Below are positions 26,806 through 45,240 of a DNA stretch of 64,000 nt, piece after piece. Under the pieces are notes generated by a model. It made no database searches and was not told the DNA's origin. It saw only the letters and a program-made list of their open reading frames with translations. The position numbers and the translations under genes are program-made. The first letter of the stretch is position 1, and each line of letters opens with the position of its first letter. The stretch lies in the NCBI RefSeq assembly GCF_009914755.1, contig NC_060947.1. The stretch is one strand, 5' to 3'. The stretch is from the human T2T-CHM13v2.0 reference genome, Homo sapiens.

Positions 26806-29049
26806 GAGTAGAAGACTTATTGGTCTGCACTGATGGTCATTAAGTTTAAGCAAAACCAATCAGCATGGTTGTATTTTCCTCCAGCAGAACTAGTATAGAT
26901 GCTGAATTAGCACAGATGTGGATTGAACAAGGGCTGGAGTATTGCCAGTTGATTAATTACGGTGGGAGAAACAGAAAATTGAATCAATATCTGAAAGTGT
27001 GATTATTATGAGGTCTGCATCACCTAAGATGAGGAAAGAGAGAAGTGAAGACATGGAAGCAAGCTGAAAGAGGGAGTGGAGGTTGAGGAACTGAGAAAAG
27101 GTGTTAGGGTAAATATACTATCTCTCTGTGGGGTCAAGAAATTTGAAGTCTGAGAACAAGAAGGAATAATCTGTAAATGTAGAAGGTAACAGTCAAACAG
27201 TGGGATGCTTGAAATGGAGATGGGGCAGAGGGCAGAGGTTACTGATGATGACAGTCTAAGGTTTTCCATTAGAGTGGATGGCTGAGATAGGGTGGACAAG
27301 ATCATTGGAGGACAAAAGTTCAAGGAACTGAGATGGCAGAGCACTTAAGAATCATCTATATGGATACTAAAATTATCAAGATTTATAGCAAGAGTAATGC
27401 TGGAGGGTGTGACAAAATTGTCAAGGGCAATTGATAGTGGTGTTGGAGAGAATGATAATCAAACACAGGAAAGGCTCCCAAAGAGTTTTATCTCCCCTTT
27501 ACAGGAGGTGCAATCAAGGGAGAACTAAAGAGTCGTGTACAGTATAAGGTAAACTAATAGTTAAGGACAAACATTTGGCAGTTCTCATGGTTATGGCTCT
27601 GATGAGCACCCCAAACTCTTGCCGCTTTCCCAAGTAATCAGTTTACGTTTCTATCAGTTTGCTACTTGATAACTTATGTTGTCATGAGCTTGTTAAATCT
27701 ATGGATACTGTTTCTCATGCCATTTTCTTCCCAATGAAGCAAGCTAGACTTTGTACGATGCAAACGCAGAGCTCATTTGTTGTAAAAAGCTCCAAACAGA
27801 AATATTTGTTAGAAAAATATTTTTCTTTAAAGTCCTGGTAACCTAGCCGAAGAAATAGGATTTACTCAACTGCAAGGCAAAGGATAAATGGAATCTAGAT
27901 CTTTGACATTTGAAACATTCATAATTTTATTATGAAAATCTTGAGAAATCATAATATTCATCTGCCACATTTTTAACTCTACATTGTATATTACATGCAA
28001 TAATAATTCTGTGAAAGAAAAATTCTTTTGCTAATTTTTGTATTTATTATATAAATGTTATAAAATAAGTATGAATAACATCTATAAAATATTACAAATT
28101 CTATTTACTATTATTTTCATATTTATTCTATTTTGATTTATTATTCTTAATTTTACTCCTTTTTTCACATTGATGCAATTCTGATAATCTAATATGCATC
28201 TTAAAAACGATGCCACAAATTAAATCAATGCCTACACAAAGGGGAGTGGAAAATTGAGATAAGTTAGACACTGTCTAAAGGGTCCATTCTTCTGCTTTTT
28301 TTTTCTTTAACAAAGGTAATAAAACTAATTTAGAAACTTGCATACGGGCATAAACGTAAGAATCACATATGATTCCACCATGTGGTGACAGCCATTTTGA
28401 ATCTTTTTGGGGAATGTTCATCTTTGGTAGGGAAGGAGACCTAAGAGATGAGACCTGAGTCTTCCAAGATATATTTTTGTTGCTGTTATACCCTCTCACT
28501 GTTTGCATTTCGCAGTAATTCAGTGTTCTGCTAAATCATCGAGAAAAATGATAGTTGCTAAAGCATCATTATTATTAACTAACAGTTTTACTTTAAACAA
28601 GAAATAGTTGTTTTGAATGAATGGAAACATTTTCAATCTGCAGTAAAACCAAAGGGGGAAAAGCAACTAAAGATTAGAGTCAGCAGAAAAAGACATAAGG
28701 AAAAAAAGCTGAAAAACACTTCCATATTTTAGACTTGTAATAGCACAGTGAATCCACAGCTACCTCATGCCTGGCCCCACCAAGCCTACAAGGTCTGTTA
28801 GCCTTGTAGGCACACTAAGAAAACTGGGTGAGTTGGAACTAAGGTACAGGCTAAGTTTAGGGGCCATTCAGGGTTCAAAGACATGTTAAAACATGAATGG
28901 GATTAATGGACTTGGAAAACCCACTTAAATGTCCAGTAAAGATTTATCTTTAAGAATTTATCTTTTCTTCACCACTATGTCTCATTGACTTCATAATGCC
29001 TTAACTGTGTCCTCAGTCTTTCAATCTATGAAATACGGACCCTATAAAA

Positions 29050-29381
29050 CAGTGGTCCCCAAGCTATTTGGCACCAGGGACTGATTTCATGGGAGAAAAT
29101 TTTTCCACGGATGGGGGTGGTGGAAGCGGTGAGGGTTTCGTGATGAAACTATCCCACCTCATATCATCAGGCATTCGATTCTCATAAGGAATACACAACC
29201 TAGATCCTCCACATGTGCAGCTCACAATAAGGTTCAGGCTTCTATGAGAATCTAATGCTGCTGCTGATCTGACAGGAGGCGGAGCTCAGGTGGTAATGTT
29301 TGCTCCCCCATCGCTCAGGTCCTGCTGTGCAGCCAGGTTCCTGACAGGCCATGAATTGGTACAGAGGTTGGGGAACTCCTG
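29050..29381. mobile_element. MER1B (hAT-Charlie non-autonomous DNA transposon)
   Basis: Termini CAGTGGTCCCCAA and TTGGGGAACTCCTG. Degenerate 8-bp TSD CTATAAAA/CTACAAAG. Internal catcaggcatt..gattctcataagg. Confidence 0.85.
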
Positions 29382-29700
29382 CTACAAAGCATAAATGGTT
29401 ATATTATCTGAATTATAGAGTACATCATCCTTATGGACACAGTCACTATTTCCTTATAAGGAATTCACATTGCTACAGAATGTTTCCCATAAATCATTCA
29501 ATCAGAAATTTAAAAGGTTGAGAATATGATTCGTATTTCAAACTAGCTCTCTCTTCAAATTTCGTTGATCCTTTCACAGAGATTTTCATATTTCACTATA
29601 TTATGTACTATCTATTATAGTTATGTGCTGACAGAAAATTTCTGTAAAACAGACCATCAGGAATAGTGATGAATTGTGGGATGGTAGCTTAAGAAATAAA

Positions 29701-30886
29701 CGTTAGACCTAAAACCATGAAAACCCTAGAAGAAAACCTAGGTATTACCATTCAGGACACAGGCATGGGCAAGGACTTCATGTCTAAAACACCAAAAGCA
29801 ATGGCAACAAAAGCCAAAATTGACAAATGGGATCTAATTAAACTAAAGAGCTTCTGCACAGCAAAAGAAACTACCATCAGAGTGAACAGGCAACCTACAA
29901 AATGGGAGAAAATTTTCACAACCTACTCATCTGACAAAGGGCTAATATCCAGAATCTACAATGAACTCAAACAAATGTACAAGAAAAAAAACAAACAACC
30001 CCATCAAAAAGTGGGCAAAGGACATGAACAGACACTTCTCAAAAGAAGACATTTATGCAGCCAAAAAACACATGAAAAAATGCTCACCATCACTGGCCAT
30101 CAGAGAAATGCAAATCAAAACCACAATGAGATACCATCCCACACCAGTTAGAATGGCAATCATTAAAAAGTCAGGAAACAACAGGTGCTGGAGACGATGT
30201 GGAGAAATAGGAACACTTTTACACTATTGGTGGGACTGTAAACTAGTTCAACCATTGTGGAAGTCAGTGTGGTGATTCCTCAGGGATCTAGAACTAGAAA
30301 TACCATTTGATCCAGCCATCCCATTACTGGGTATATACCCAAAGGACTATAAATCATGCTGCTATAAAGACACATGCACACGTACGTTTATTGCGGCACT
30401 ATTCACAATAGCAAAGACTTGGAACCAACCCAAATGTCCAACAATGATAGACTGGATTAAGAAAATGTGGCACATATACACCATGGAATACTATGCAGCC
30501 ATAAGAAATGATGAGTTCATGTCCTTTGTAGGGACATGGATGAAATTAGAAATCATCATTCTCAGTAAACTATCGCAAGGACAAAAAACCAAACACCGCA
30601 TGTTCTCACTCATAGGTGGGAATTGAACAATGAGAACACATGGACACAGGAAGGGGAACATCACACTCTGGGGACTGTTGTGGTGTGGGGAGTCCCCATC
30701 ACACTCTGGGGACTGTTGTGGGGTGGGGAGAGTGGGGAGGGATAGCACTGGGAGATATACCTAATGCTAAATGACAAGTTAATGGGTGCACCATACCAGC
30801 ATGGCACATGTATACATATGTAACTAACCTGCACATTGTGCACATGTTCCCTAAAACTTAAAGTATAATAATAATAAAATAAAATA
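29701..30886 (+). mobile_element. 5'-truncated young L1PA (L1PA3-like)
   Basis: Near-consensus ORF2p C-terminus (KTLEENLG...[17 protein letters not shown]) with a frameshift and a stop. 3' UTR gctaaatgac..gttaatgggtgca. TSD AAGAAATAAA at 29691-29700 and 30887-30896, after a TT/AAGA endonuclease site. Confidence 0.95.
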
Positions 30887-31581
30887 AAGAAATAAAGTAG
30901 CATTCCAAATAAATTATCCCTCAAAATGGATAACTAAACCGTTAGATTCACGCATGCCAATCTTTCTTATTGTAGTTTTAAAGCACTCTTTGCTCCTTTC
31001 TGATATATGGCATTCACATTGATCTTGAGTCCATGACCAAGTTAGAGGAAGCTACAACTGTGAGCCTATCATCATGCCCTATTTGTGCACATTTACAACT
31101 GAACCGTAGATTTTTTTATTGTTACACAGGTGAGCCATGTAAAATCTTTGCTTTGAAATGATGGCAAACTTATATAACATGAACTTGAATGAATGTAGTG
31201 TTTCTTTTTCCACTGATAGTCTCAGCTTATTTAACTTATAGGCTTTTGGCCTCTACTGAACAAAGTACCCTCAACCAAATTAAACAGGGAACAAAGCACT
31301 CACAAGAGATGTTTTTCTTTATAAAATGTTTCATTAAAAGTTCAAAAATCCTGATTGCTTTTCCTCAAGTTGCACTTCTAAGCTAAAATTAGATTTTAGA
31401 TTCTACAACTACATGAGCCTCAAGAAATGTATCCAAAACTTTTGGTGCATAGAAGAAGGTAGCCTTAGTCCGATGCTCATTCAGCCACGGTGATGGGATG
31501 CAAACATTTATTTGGCAAATATATATGACTAACAATTCACACAAATAATCTCACATAACCCCATGAATAGATAATGCTCCA

Positions 31582-31880
31582 TTTTATTTTTAGAGGCAGG
31601 GTCTCACTCTATCAATCACCCAGGCTACAGTGCTGTGACATGATCACAGATCAATGCAGCCTCAATCTCCTGGGCTCAAGCAATCCTCCCACCTCAGTTT
31701 CCTGAGTAGTTGGGACTACAAGCACATGCCACCACACCCCGCTAATTTTTTTTTTCTTTTTGTAGAGACAGGGTCTCGCTATGTTGCCGAGGCTGGTCTT
31801 GAACTCATGGGATCAAGTGATCCTTCCACCTCAGCCACCCAAACTGCTGGGGCTACAGGCACGAGCCACCACACCCAGCC
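31582..31880 (-). mobile_element. AluJ
   Basis: Antisense Alu with cagggtctcact...gcagcctcaatctcctgggctcaagcaatcctccc J-type diagnostics. Confidence 0.9.
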
Positions 31881-31956
31881 CCATACTCCATTTTTTATTA
31901 AGGATTCTATTAGGTAACTTTCCCAAGAGCACACAGCTTGGGAGTGATAGAATATA

Positions 31957-34649
<2,693 letters not shown>

Positions 34650-34953
34650 TACATGCTTATGGTGGCTATATTTGGTATCAGGAGTGGATTCCCCTATATC
34701 TCTATTTTCTAACTCTGTATACAAGGAAAACAAGGCTGTGTGTAGCTACCACTGTAATTCTTTCCCATAGCTGTCTATAAGTATATTTTGAAATGGAAAA
34801 TATAATGCATTGCCATGTCTAGGAAATATTTACAGTACCCACACAAGTTGTGCCATTCAGGTGAGCTATGTCTCTAAAACAGAAAACAAAAAGTGCCAAT
34901 AGTGGAAAGCTACATCATTGAATAAGTTCCTTTCCTCTGTTAATATCAGAGGG

Positions 34954-34983
34954 GTGTGTGTGTGTGTGTGCGTGCGTGTGCGC
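34954..34983. repeat. (TG)n/(CG) microsatellite
   Basis: gtgtgtgtgtgtgtgtgcgtgcgtgtgcgc. Confidence 0.9.
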
Positions 34984-35882
34984 ACCTTTGTTTAATTTGC
35001 CCCCTACAGTGCAGTCTTCCAAACCATTTGTTATTTTTATTTTCATGTCATGTGAATAAATGTGAGTAATTGTGGTAGTTAGAGGCTTTACTCCCTCGGA
35101 TGGTAATTATCCAATCTATAGTTCCATTCCAAACTCAGTAAAATAGTATTAGAAAAGTTGATCTTCATCAGAAAGGATCTCTGGGCATAGCAGAATAGAC
35201 AAGACATGTAATCATAGGTCAAATTAAAATAATTTTACCCCCCCGAAAGTACCTGTTATTTACTATGTTAACAGGTTTTATTTGTATTACTGTAAAATGT
35301 CAGCAAGCTTATATTCATAGGAATCTTCTATCTTCTATGAATTTATCAAGCTATTATTGCCTAGGACTTATATTACTTTTGCTGGCAAGAAAACATGCTT
35401 GAGAATGCTTCAGAGGAATTGTTAGCAGATGAAACATCCAAGCTCTGGTGATCTGAAGTGAGTGGAAGGGCTAATGCACAAGGTTGGCCTTAGTTTTGCT
35501 TATTTATTCCTTTATATTTAACTCTATCAAGTATAAAAAATGTTGATATTTAGGATTTCTGAAAATTAAACCCAAGGAGTTCTGTCCTATTCCCTCATAA
35601 GCGAGCCAGGAAAAAGCTAGTTTATAGTTTACAAACTCCTTTTGTTGATCACTAAATGGCAATGAAATTACACAAAACTATTAGAGGACATAGAGTATGT
35701 CATAAAATTCCTATTTATGCACAAATTATTATATTTTAGAGAAACACAGTAAGATCAATGATTCCAAGTTCCTCCTGCAAAAAAATGTTTGAAGATGGGG
35801 ATTATCGGTCAGGAACTATGAAGATTCTGAATCCACTTAATTTGCAGGACCATCAGTGCTTGGATGGAAGCTAAACAAACTA

Positions 35883-35901
35883 ACACACACACACAAACAC
35901 A

Positions 35902-35941
<40 letters not shown>
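35883..35941. repeat. Compound (CA)n(CT)n(CA)n microsatellite
   Basis: Seen directly. Confidence 0.92.
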
Positions 35942-35942
<1 letters not shown>

Positions 35943-38900
35943 CTCCAATGTTAATAAAGAAATCATGTCTCTTCTCTTGTTGTATAGGGTATTGATATTT
36001 TAGTTTTAAGTCCACTTGATTTGCTTCCTGAGTCACTATCAGTGAGGCAAGTATACAGACTAGGCAAGTGAGCCCTCAATTAAATGATTTAACAACTAAT
36101 TGCACCATAGATGCACACGTCTAAGCCCAAATGAGAATTTTCTTCAGTTTAGAAATATCTAGTTATATACCTTACCATTTTCAAAAGCTGTCTACCTCCC
36201 TTTACATAGAGCAAATTGCTGTATTTTGACACTATTCACACATTCATTTGTTATATGAGTCATAGGCCAAGGAAATGTGACATTTTCCATAATTCAGCGG
36301 GATGACGAGCAGGACAATTAAGTGGAGGCAAATAGAAGGCACAAAGAGTCATCCTTTATTGGTCAAGTCCAGTTATGCCCCAGTGGAATTCTGTTACTTT
36401 TATATAAATAAACCAAATAATGAAAGGCAGAGGAAAATAAAAGAATGCTGTCATGAAAGACTCATTAGAAACCTATGTCCACTGTTGTAATCACGAGCAG
36501 GAAATAACTGTTCATTTCCCTAGGTATATCCCATCTATTTCAAATATGATCCCCTGGCTACTCAGTACTAAAGAGCACTCATTAGATCTATATTCTACAT
36601 AACCTCATTGCTGTAGATTTTATTAAAAATTTAATAATGCATGCAAAGTTAAGGGATTTATTACTTGCAAAATAGACTTAAGAGGTCAAAGAAATATATT
36701 ATACACTATCATTTGATATTTAAGGTAATTGATAACCTGACAAAGGAAGGGAGCTGCTCAAGTTCATACATTCATTTGAACAGGGGTTAGAAACTGCACT
36801 CCTGTATTTCTAATTCGGTGTGCCCATATTGTGAAACACACATAATTTGAACCTCCAAATTCTTCCTTACTAAAGTGTATCATTTTGATCCAGTCATCTC
36901 TTATTATGTGAAAGAGAAAAATCACTCATTTTTTTTCTGTCTTTGGCTTCGTACATAGTAAAATTATCTTCTATCATTTATTTACTAAATATTGGTAAAA
37001 TATTTACTTGGTATTTAGTAATGAATTTGGTATGGTGGGAAATATAAAAGATGGGGAAGGCACCATTCTTATATTCAAATAGGTTAAAATATGGTTTGGG
37101 AAATATCAGATTTACATGCAACAAACATTTGGAAATAAAGGAGATATGAGAAAATATTACACACATTGTGCGTCAAGAACACAAAATGAGGCACAGTGAT
37201 GCCTCTGCAGGCTTTTTATGAGGTTGTAACATCACAAGAAAATAGCCTGATATTAGCCAATATTACTTATCTCTAATATCTGTATTTACAACGGACTTAA
37301 TGAAGCCCAAACAGGGTATGTGGTCTCATGGGCATGCAATCCAACTTCTTCTACTCAAGAGATTTTTTGCTAAATAAAAATATGAAGGCAGTGAGTCCTT
37401 CCATAAACAATTCAAGAAAGGGAATAATTGCAGAGAACAACAAACAATAAAGCAAAAACAAACCAAAAGAAGATCCTAACTCATTTGAATTTAGAATGTT
37501 ACACCTGAAAGGAAAATGAACTACTAAATATTCTTAGAAAACGAAACTTCAATTAAAAGCAGGAAGTACTGTTGAGCTGGTATGCTTCGTTTAGCAACCA
37601 CAAGGAGATATAATAAAACTATCTAGAGCAACACTTCTCCCTTTAATTAAGTGGGATGACCACTAAAGGAGCATAATTGCCTTGGGGACCACCAGCAATG
37701 TCGTAACAGCAAGAGAAACTTTCTAAGACTTCCGGAATCTATACAAATCTGCCACAAGATCATACCAGGGGCAGTGATTTGAGAATTCTACACGAGATTG
37801 AGACTCATCAAACAACTAAAGAAAAGTTATTGTATCTTGCAAGAAAGCCAATTAATGGTTTCTTGGCCAGCACCCCTAACAAATAAAGGTACTTCATCTA
37901 CAACTTCTAGAATGAAATAACCCTTTCAGTGTGACCCTACACCATAAAAAAACTGTCATAAATGAAAAAAAAATGGACAAAATGATGAATTGCACATTAT
38001 CACGATTTACTTACTGTTACAAATATATTTACTTGGACTTTATATTTAATTCAACAGTTCAAAATAGCAACCCAAATACAGCAGCTTTTCTCGATCACTT
38101 GACAAGTGCACACAGTATGATGTAAGATAATGCAGGCAATAGGGCTTTAAAAGTATGAATTGCCATACTTAAAAGTATGTATTTTAATATTATTACACTG
38201 AGCTGTCTCTATAATCCTACTCTTAGAATCCTAGAAGCAATTTAAATGGAAACTATTTTTATAGCAAAGTTTATTTGGCATGTTACAAACTAAATTCCCT
38301 CAGATGAGATCCCCCTATATAGAGTGAGAACATTTATTATTTTTTTTATCAAGGGTCCCTATAAACTTTTGACCCTCAATGTATTCTGATCTAGTAGCAC
38401 TGCATGTGGCTTCCTGAAACAGCACTTTTCTCAATATACTAAATGAAATGCTGTTTGTGATGAGACGGTAACAGGTTGCGTGACCACAGTAACAGCAAAT
38501 AAACGTTCAATAAAATCTAATAAAAAAGAAAAATTCTTTACTATGGCTGTACTTAAACTTCCTATGAATAATATTACGTTTTAACATCTTGCTGCTAACT
38601 TTTAAGAAAAAAGGTTAATCTTACGTTCTAAGGGAAAAAAATACTATTTATGCAAAACTGATACTGGTTGCCATCAGCTTTTCCCTAATGCTCCAACAAA
38701 TATTAGAGAATGCTGTTTAGCCACTTGGTAAGGTGAACCTATATTCTTATTTATAATGTATGAAAGAGTCATTGATTCATTAAGAAATTAAATGTTGGCA
38801 ACATTCTGTAAAAGAGAGTGTTACTGTGCTTATAAAAGTGAAATGGGAACATGACGAACAATTTGTGAAATAATTAATGTGCCAGAAATGAACAATTTGT

Positions 38901-39479
38901 TGGTAATACATTCCAGGATTTTTCACAATGTGCCCAATTTTCATTTTTCTTGACTTGCAAATACTATATGAAGTTTGAGATCTGTAAGGTTCAGGGCTCT
39001 GAGACATATAAAAAGCAAGATTTAACTATTAATACATGTTATTTATTCAATAAATCAGTAGGATAATATTTCATACTCTTACAACACATTTCATACAGAG
39101 ATCTTAATATACTTACGCCTCTATGCAAATGACACTGATGTCTTGGTAGAATTTCTTGTATTACTCAATTTTAGGTTTGATAAAATCTATACAATGTCAG
39201 CTAAGAAAATTATATCATATTAAAGGAGTGACTCAAACAAACTGTGTAAATGACACCTATACTTGATGATTAGTTATACTTAGAAAAAGCCTAGAATGTG
39301 TATATATAAAGCCTCTTAAAGGCTGACTTAGTATTCAATGATGCATAATAATATTTCAGGAAATAATAATAAAACAATTAAGCACGGGTGGTTAAAGCAA
39401 TGTAAGAATCCAAAACAAAATAATGATCTATCTTCCTTCAGCATGCTTTTGTCAGCATTTCACTAGTACAATAACCTAC

Positions 39480-41135
<1,656 letters not shown>

Positions 41136-44100
41136 ACCTACCCCAGTAACAATCAAATCTCATTTTGGTTCCAATTTTTAAACTAAGGCAGTTCACAATA
41201 ATTCTGACAAGGACAAGTGTTTCCCCTTCAAAATGGAAAACTGACCATATAAAAAGAAGACTGCTCAAATGCTTCTATATTTACCATAAAAAATACTTTT
41301 TTCAAATATCCTAATAGAAAAATGCTAAATGAACAACAGGAGAATCTGACTTTTGGGTATGAAATCAAATCATTTAAAGCCTATTTGCATAGGTATGCAT
41401 GTGAATATTAGCACAGATGGAGAGAAAATCAATGATAAGCATCTTTGAAAATATCTGTCATCATGTAATTTCCACTACTAAATAACTGAATTTACTCCTT
41501 TTTATACTGTATTTCTTACTACAGAGGTGATACAGAGATTACTGGGCATCTGGACCAAGAGCTCTCACACTGTTGAACCCTGAGGGCAGAGGCTAGTCAG
41601 AATTTCAGAGAATACTAAAAACCTTGTGGAAGAAACTGCCTTTCATTTTCATTTTGATTCCCTGAAACTCCCAAGAATGGTGCTCTGTCTGCCAAAAAGA
41701 AAGGTAGCTAAGTCTGAAATAAATCTAATTCAGAATTGTTTTACATTTCTGGAATTCTCATTTCTTTACTATTATTATCTCTCATTTATCTGCCAGCATC
41801 TTTTGAATGTTTTGATTTTACATAATTACAAAGCAACACTACTATCCAGGCAGTTTGTTGCAAAACAACTTTCTCCATGGGTCTACACCTACACTCACGC
41901 CCCAAGTGGCAGAGCCCTTGCCTCTGACAGCAAGGACCATGAGTGGTTCCAGCAAACTGACAGGCATCACTAGAATGTGTTACAGATACTGAAAAACAAA
42001 TGAACCAAACCAAACCAAACACCTCTCTTGATGCTGAAACTCCTAGTCTCACCAAGGCTTCTGAGGTTCAAGATAGCTGCCGCTGAGCAGAGGAGGCAAA
42101 AAGATGAGTTATAGAGAAGAAAAGTCTAACCTCAAAATCTGAAGAGAAAGCATACCTCAAGTAAGTAGGGTATTGGAAAAGAGAACATAAAATAAAATGC
42201 TGCTCTATTTGCTCTCCATGTGGACATTTAAGGCCGAGTTCCACAGCAAAGAAAATAACTCAGCAAAACCACCCATCATGGTTCTGTTGACACCCTATTT
42301 TCAAGTTTAATTATTTGTTTGAACAGTTTCATGCCTTGATCAGAGATAGCAGTTAAAGTGTCTGTTGAGTGTATTTTCTTATGTGAAATTTAATAATCGT
42401 TTGACTGAAATACCCTTGTAATGTACATGAGCTTTGATTTTTTGACAGCCCTACTGAAAGCAGAACTTTTTTGTTCAAGCAAATAATTATTTTTGGGACT
42501 AGAGGAGTACAGAGAAACATAATGAGTTGGCCAGGTCGCTTCCCTTACTGGTAAAGATATGAGGAACATAAATGTAATGAAGAGCTTTAATACATGTGTT
42601 TTGTATCCACTTATTGCTTCTAGTGTTAACCACCCATCTAATCACAGAGAAGGGGTAAATGAGTAATGGGGATCTCAAAGAAGGAGGAGATAGGAGGGTC
42701 AAAACTTTGCTCTTTCCTCATCACTCATGAAAGTCAATAGTAGAAAATGATAACTCTTTTTTTTAGAGAAATAAGCACTTTCTGTTCCTCAAAATATCAG
42801 GTGTTAATATATATTGCATGTTATAGCTTCAGGAAATTATATCTCTATGGGTCAGCATTGTTTCTCTTTGTTATGCCTACTATTGGAACTTGAAATTATA
42901 GAAAAATGGAGGGAAATATATCCCTGTGTCATTGGCCAAACATGTGAGGTGGACTTTGATACATCTAAAAGCTTTGGTTGGTTGAATCTACTGTAATCCA
43001 CTTGTGCTGGGCAAGTGGGAGCCTTTTTTTTTTCTGAGTCACACATATATAAAAATTTTAAAGCATTTTATCCTACATCATTTCTTGATATAATTGAAAA
43101 CCATTGTCCAGTGTATTCAATTTTACCTCCTCATGGCATAGAAGCATGATCTTAGTGTGATCTGCTAAAGTCTGTGGTGCCAAGCAACCAATATATATTG
43201 TTTGATATAACTGGTAAATTTCCATAATGATGCACTCTCACCCACCCCCATCCCAAGGCATTCAAATTGTTTCCCTATATGGAATCTTCTTACAGTGAGT
43301 TCTGGGCTAAAAATAGCATTGCCAAGCTGCAGAAGTCAGGATGAAACAGTTTATGCTGATCCTGTAGTAGATCAACTATTAACAATTACAGATCTGAATT
43401 TGGGATGAATCTCCTTATGTATACTATAAATTCCAGACATTGACAGTATGAATGGATCAACATGATCATGGTTTGGGGTGCCTAGTATCTTATGGATATT
43501 CAACAGGTATATGCTAATCAATTGGTTGGCAAAGCTTGTGGACCATTTTATGCTTCGACTTCCCTGGGAGATTAGATGTGTGACTGGGCTCTCTGAGACT
43601 TGAAGAGCAATGAAGGGAGTTTTCAGGAAATTTCTGCTTCAAAGGTTATGATACAATATAAAAGCTCTCAGCTTCAGGTCTCCCATAGGCTCTATCTTCC
43701 TCAGTGAAAATAACACTGCAAAGAGGCTCTTTCATTAACACGTTAATTACAGTGAATCACTGTTATGACATGGGAAGGAGCCCGGGAATACTTTAAATAT
43801 TTTTAAGAAGTCTTTAATCAGATCAACCACCAAGCACTCTAAAGAGGACTTTTGTTGTTGTAGCCTTGCTGATTTTGTGGCCAGGATATAGCAGTAGATT
43901 TGTTACACACAGGCTTTTTTGTTATAGTATTTACTATACACAATGAAGTTTTTACCTTTTCGAATTTCATTTCTGAAAGCTATGACTTTCATTTCCTGGT
44001 ATCTCATTGACAATTATGAAAGTATTATGGAATGACTCACATCTCTTTCTATCAGACATTTTTCACTCTTCGTATTATTACAGTCTAAGTTATAATACTT

Positions 44101-45203
44101 TGGGGTTGTTATTTACATTTGACTCTTCCAAATCTTTATAGGACATTTTTTCTTGGGTAAAAATGAACATCACACCTAATTTTAATTACTTTTGTTATAT
44201 GATATGCCAGAATTCCTATACACATCTGAGGCCCTTTTAAAAGGAGGTGTTATATATCCAAGAAATCAATTGAGGTTTTCACAGTAGTTCTATTTCCAGA
44301 ACTGTCAAAAGTAGTTAGCATCAGATTATCTGATGAATAACTTAATCAGAATGATAGCATAGATGTGTTATCTACTCACACATTCAGCTGGACAAAACAT
44401 ATTAACTGTATTATTCAGGGGCTTGCCCGTTATTAACCTTGGTTACAGCTATTATAATGATCAGAAAATGCTTTCATTCAAAACTTCCCTGTTCAGAAGT
44501 CACAATTCCCTTTAAGTGGTGTAGTCACTGAAACCAGTGCTGTAGCTGCCAATTTTTTTTCTTGTGTCTCAGTAATTCACTTTCTTATGTAATTTTGAAA
44601 TGTTAACACTTCAGAGGACCCACAAAAGTTCATAATTGGTCTCTGTAACTTATTTAAAATATTCAATAGGCCTGACAGAAACAATATCATCAGTCTTTAT
44701 GCTTTATTATATACATCTCTATTAATTATTTCAATAAATATGTGTTAAAAACATACTTTTGCTAGGCTGCTCTATGACTAAGGGGGAAGTAGAGAGAAAA
44801 CAAATCAGTTACTAATTAATGAGCATAGGATTTTGTAGGCAAACTATTTCAATGCACAAGGTTGATGGGGAAAAATGTTTTGTTGAGCTGTTTTTTTTTT
44901 TTTTTCTATCATGTTGTGGATTAACATTATACAAACGAGGAGATAGAGACTAAAAACAACGTCTTCACCAAGACATGAGAATCACTGGGTAATCACATAA
45001 AATAAAGCTAAAAAGTCATATTTGCTCTCTTTCATAAAGGTACTTAGCATTACCAAATATGTTGCTAGAGCAATTTCCAAATGTTCAGTGTAGGTTATGT
45101 ATTTAAAACTTAGAATTATTTTAGGAATTCCAAAATAACTAGTGCCGTTATAGCAACAGAGCAATGAATATAACATTACATTTTTCCATTTGTCTTTCTT
45201 ATA

Positions 45204-45240
45204 TGTGTGTGTGCATGTGTGTATGTGTGTGTGTGTGTGT
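45204..45240. repeat. (TG)n microsatellite, interrupted
   Basis: Seen directly. Confidence 0.9.

Larger units (their letters stand above)
23990..27430 (-). mobile_element. Long degenerate L2 relic interrupted by MER50 and MIR
   Basis: Antisense L2 terminus (caacatttattgagtacct...) followed by continuous L2 motifs, e.g. agccagtgcaaaggctct and gtggtgtcctgaagccaagtgaagaaa. Confidence 0.75.

Noticed and set aside
29717-30626. L1 ORF2-like ORFs as an active retrotransposon
   Set aside because: 5'-truncated, about 1.2 kb, with a frameshift and stop; no promoter, ORF1, EN or RT.
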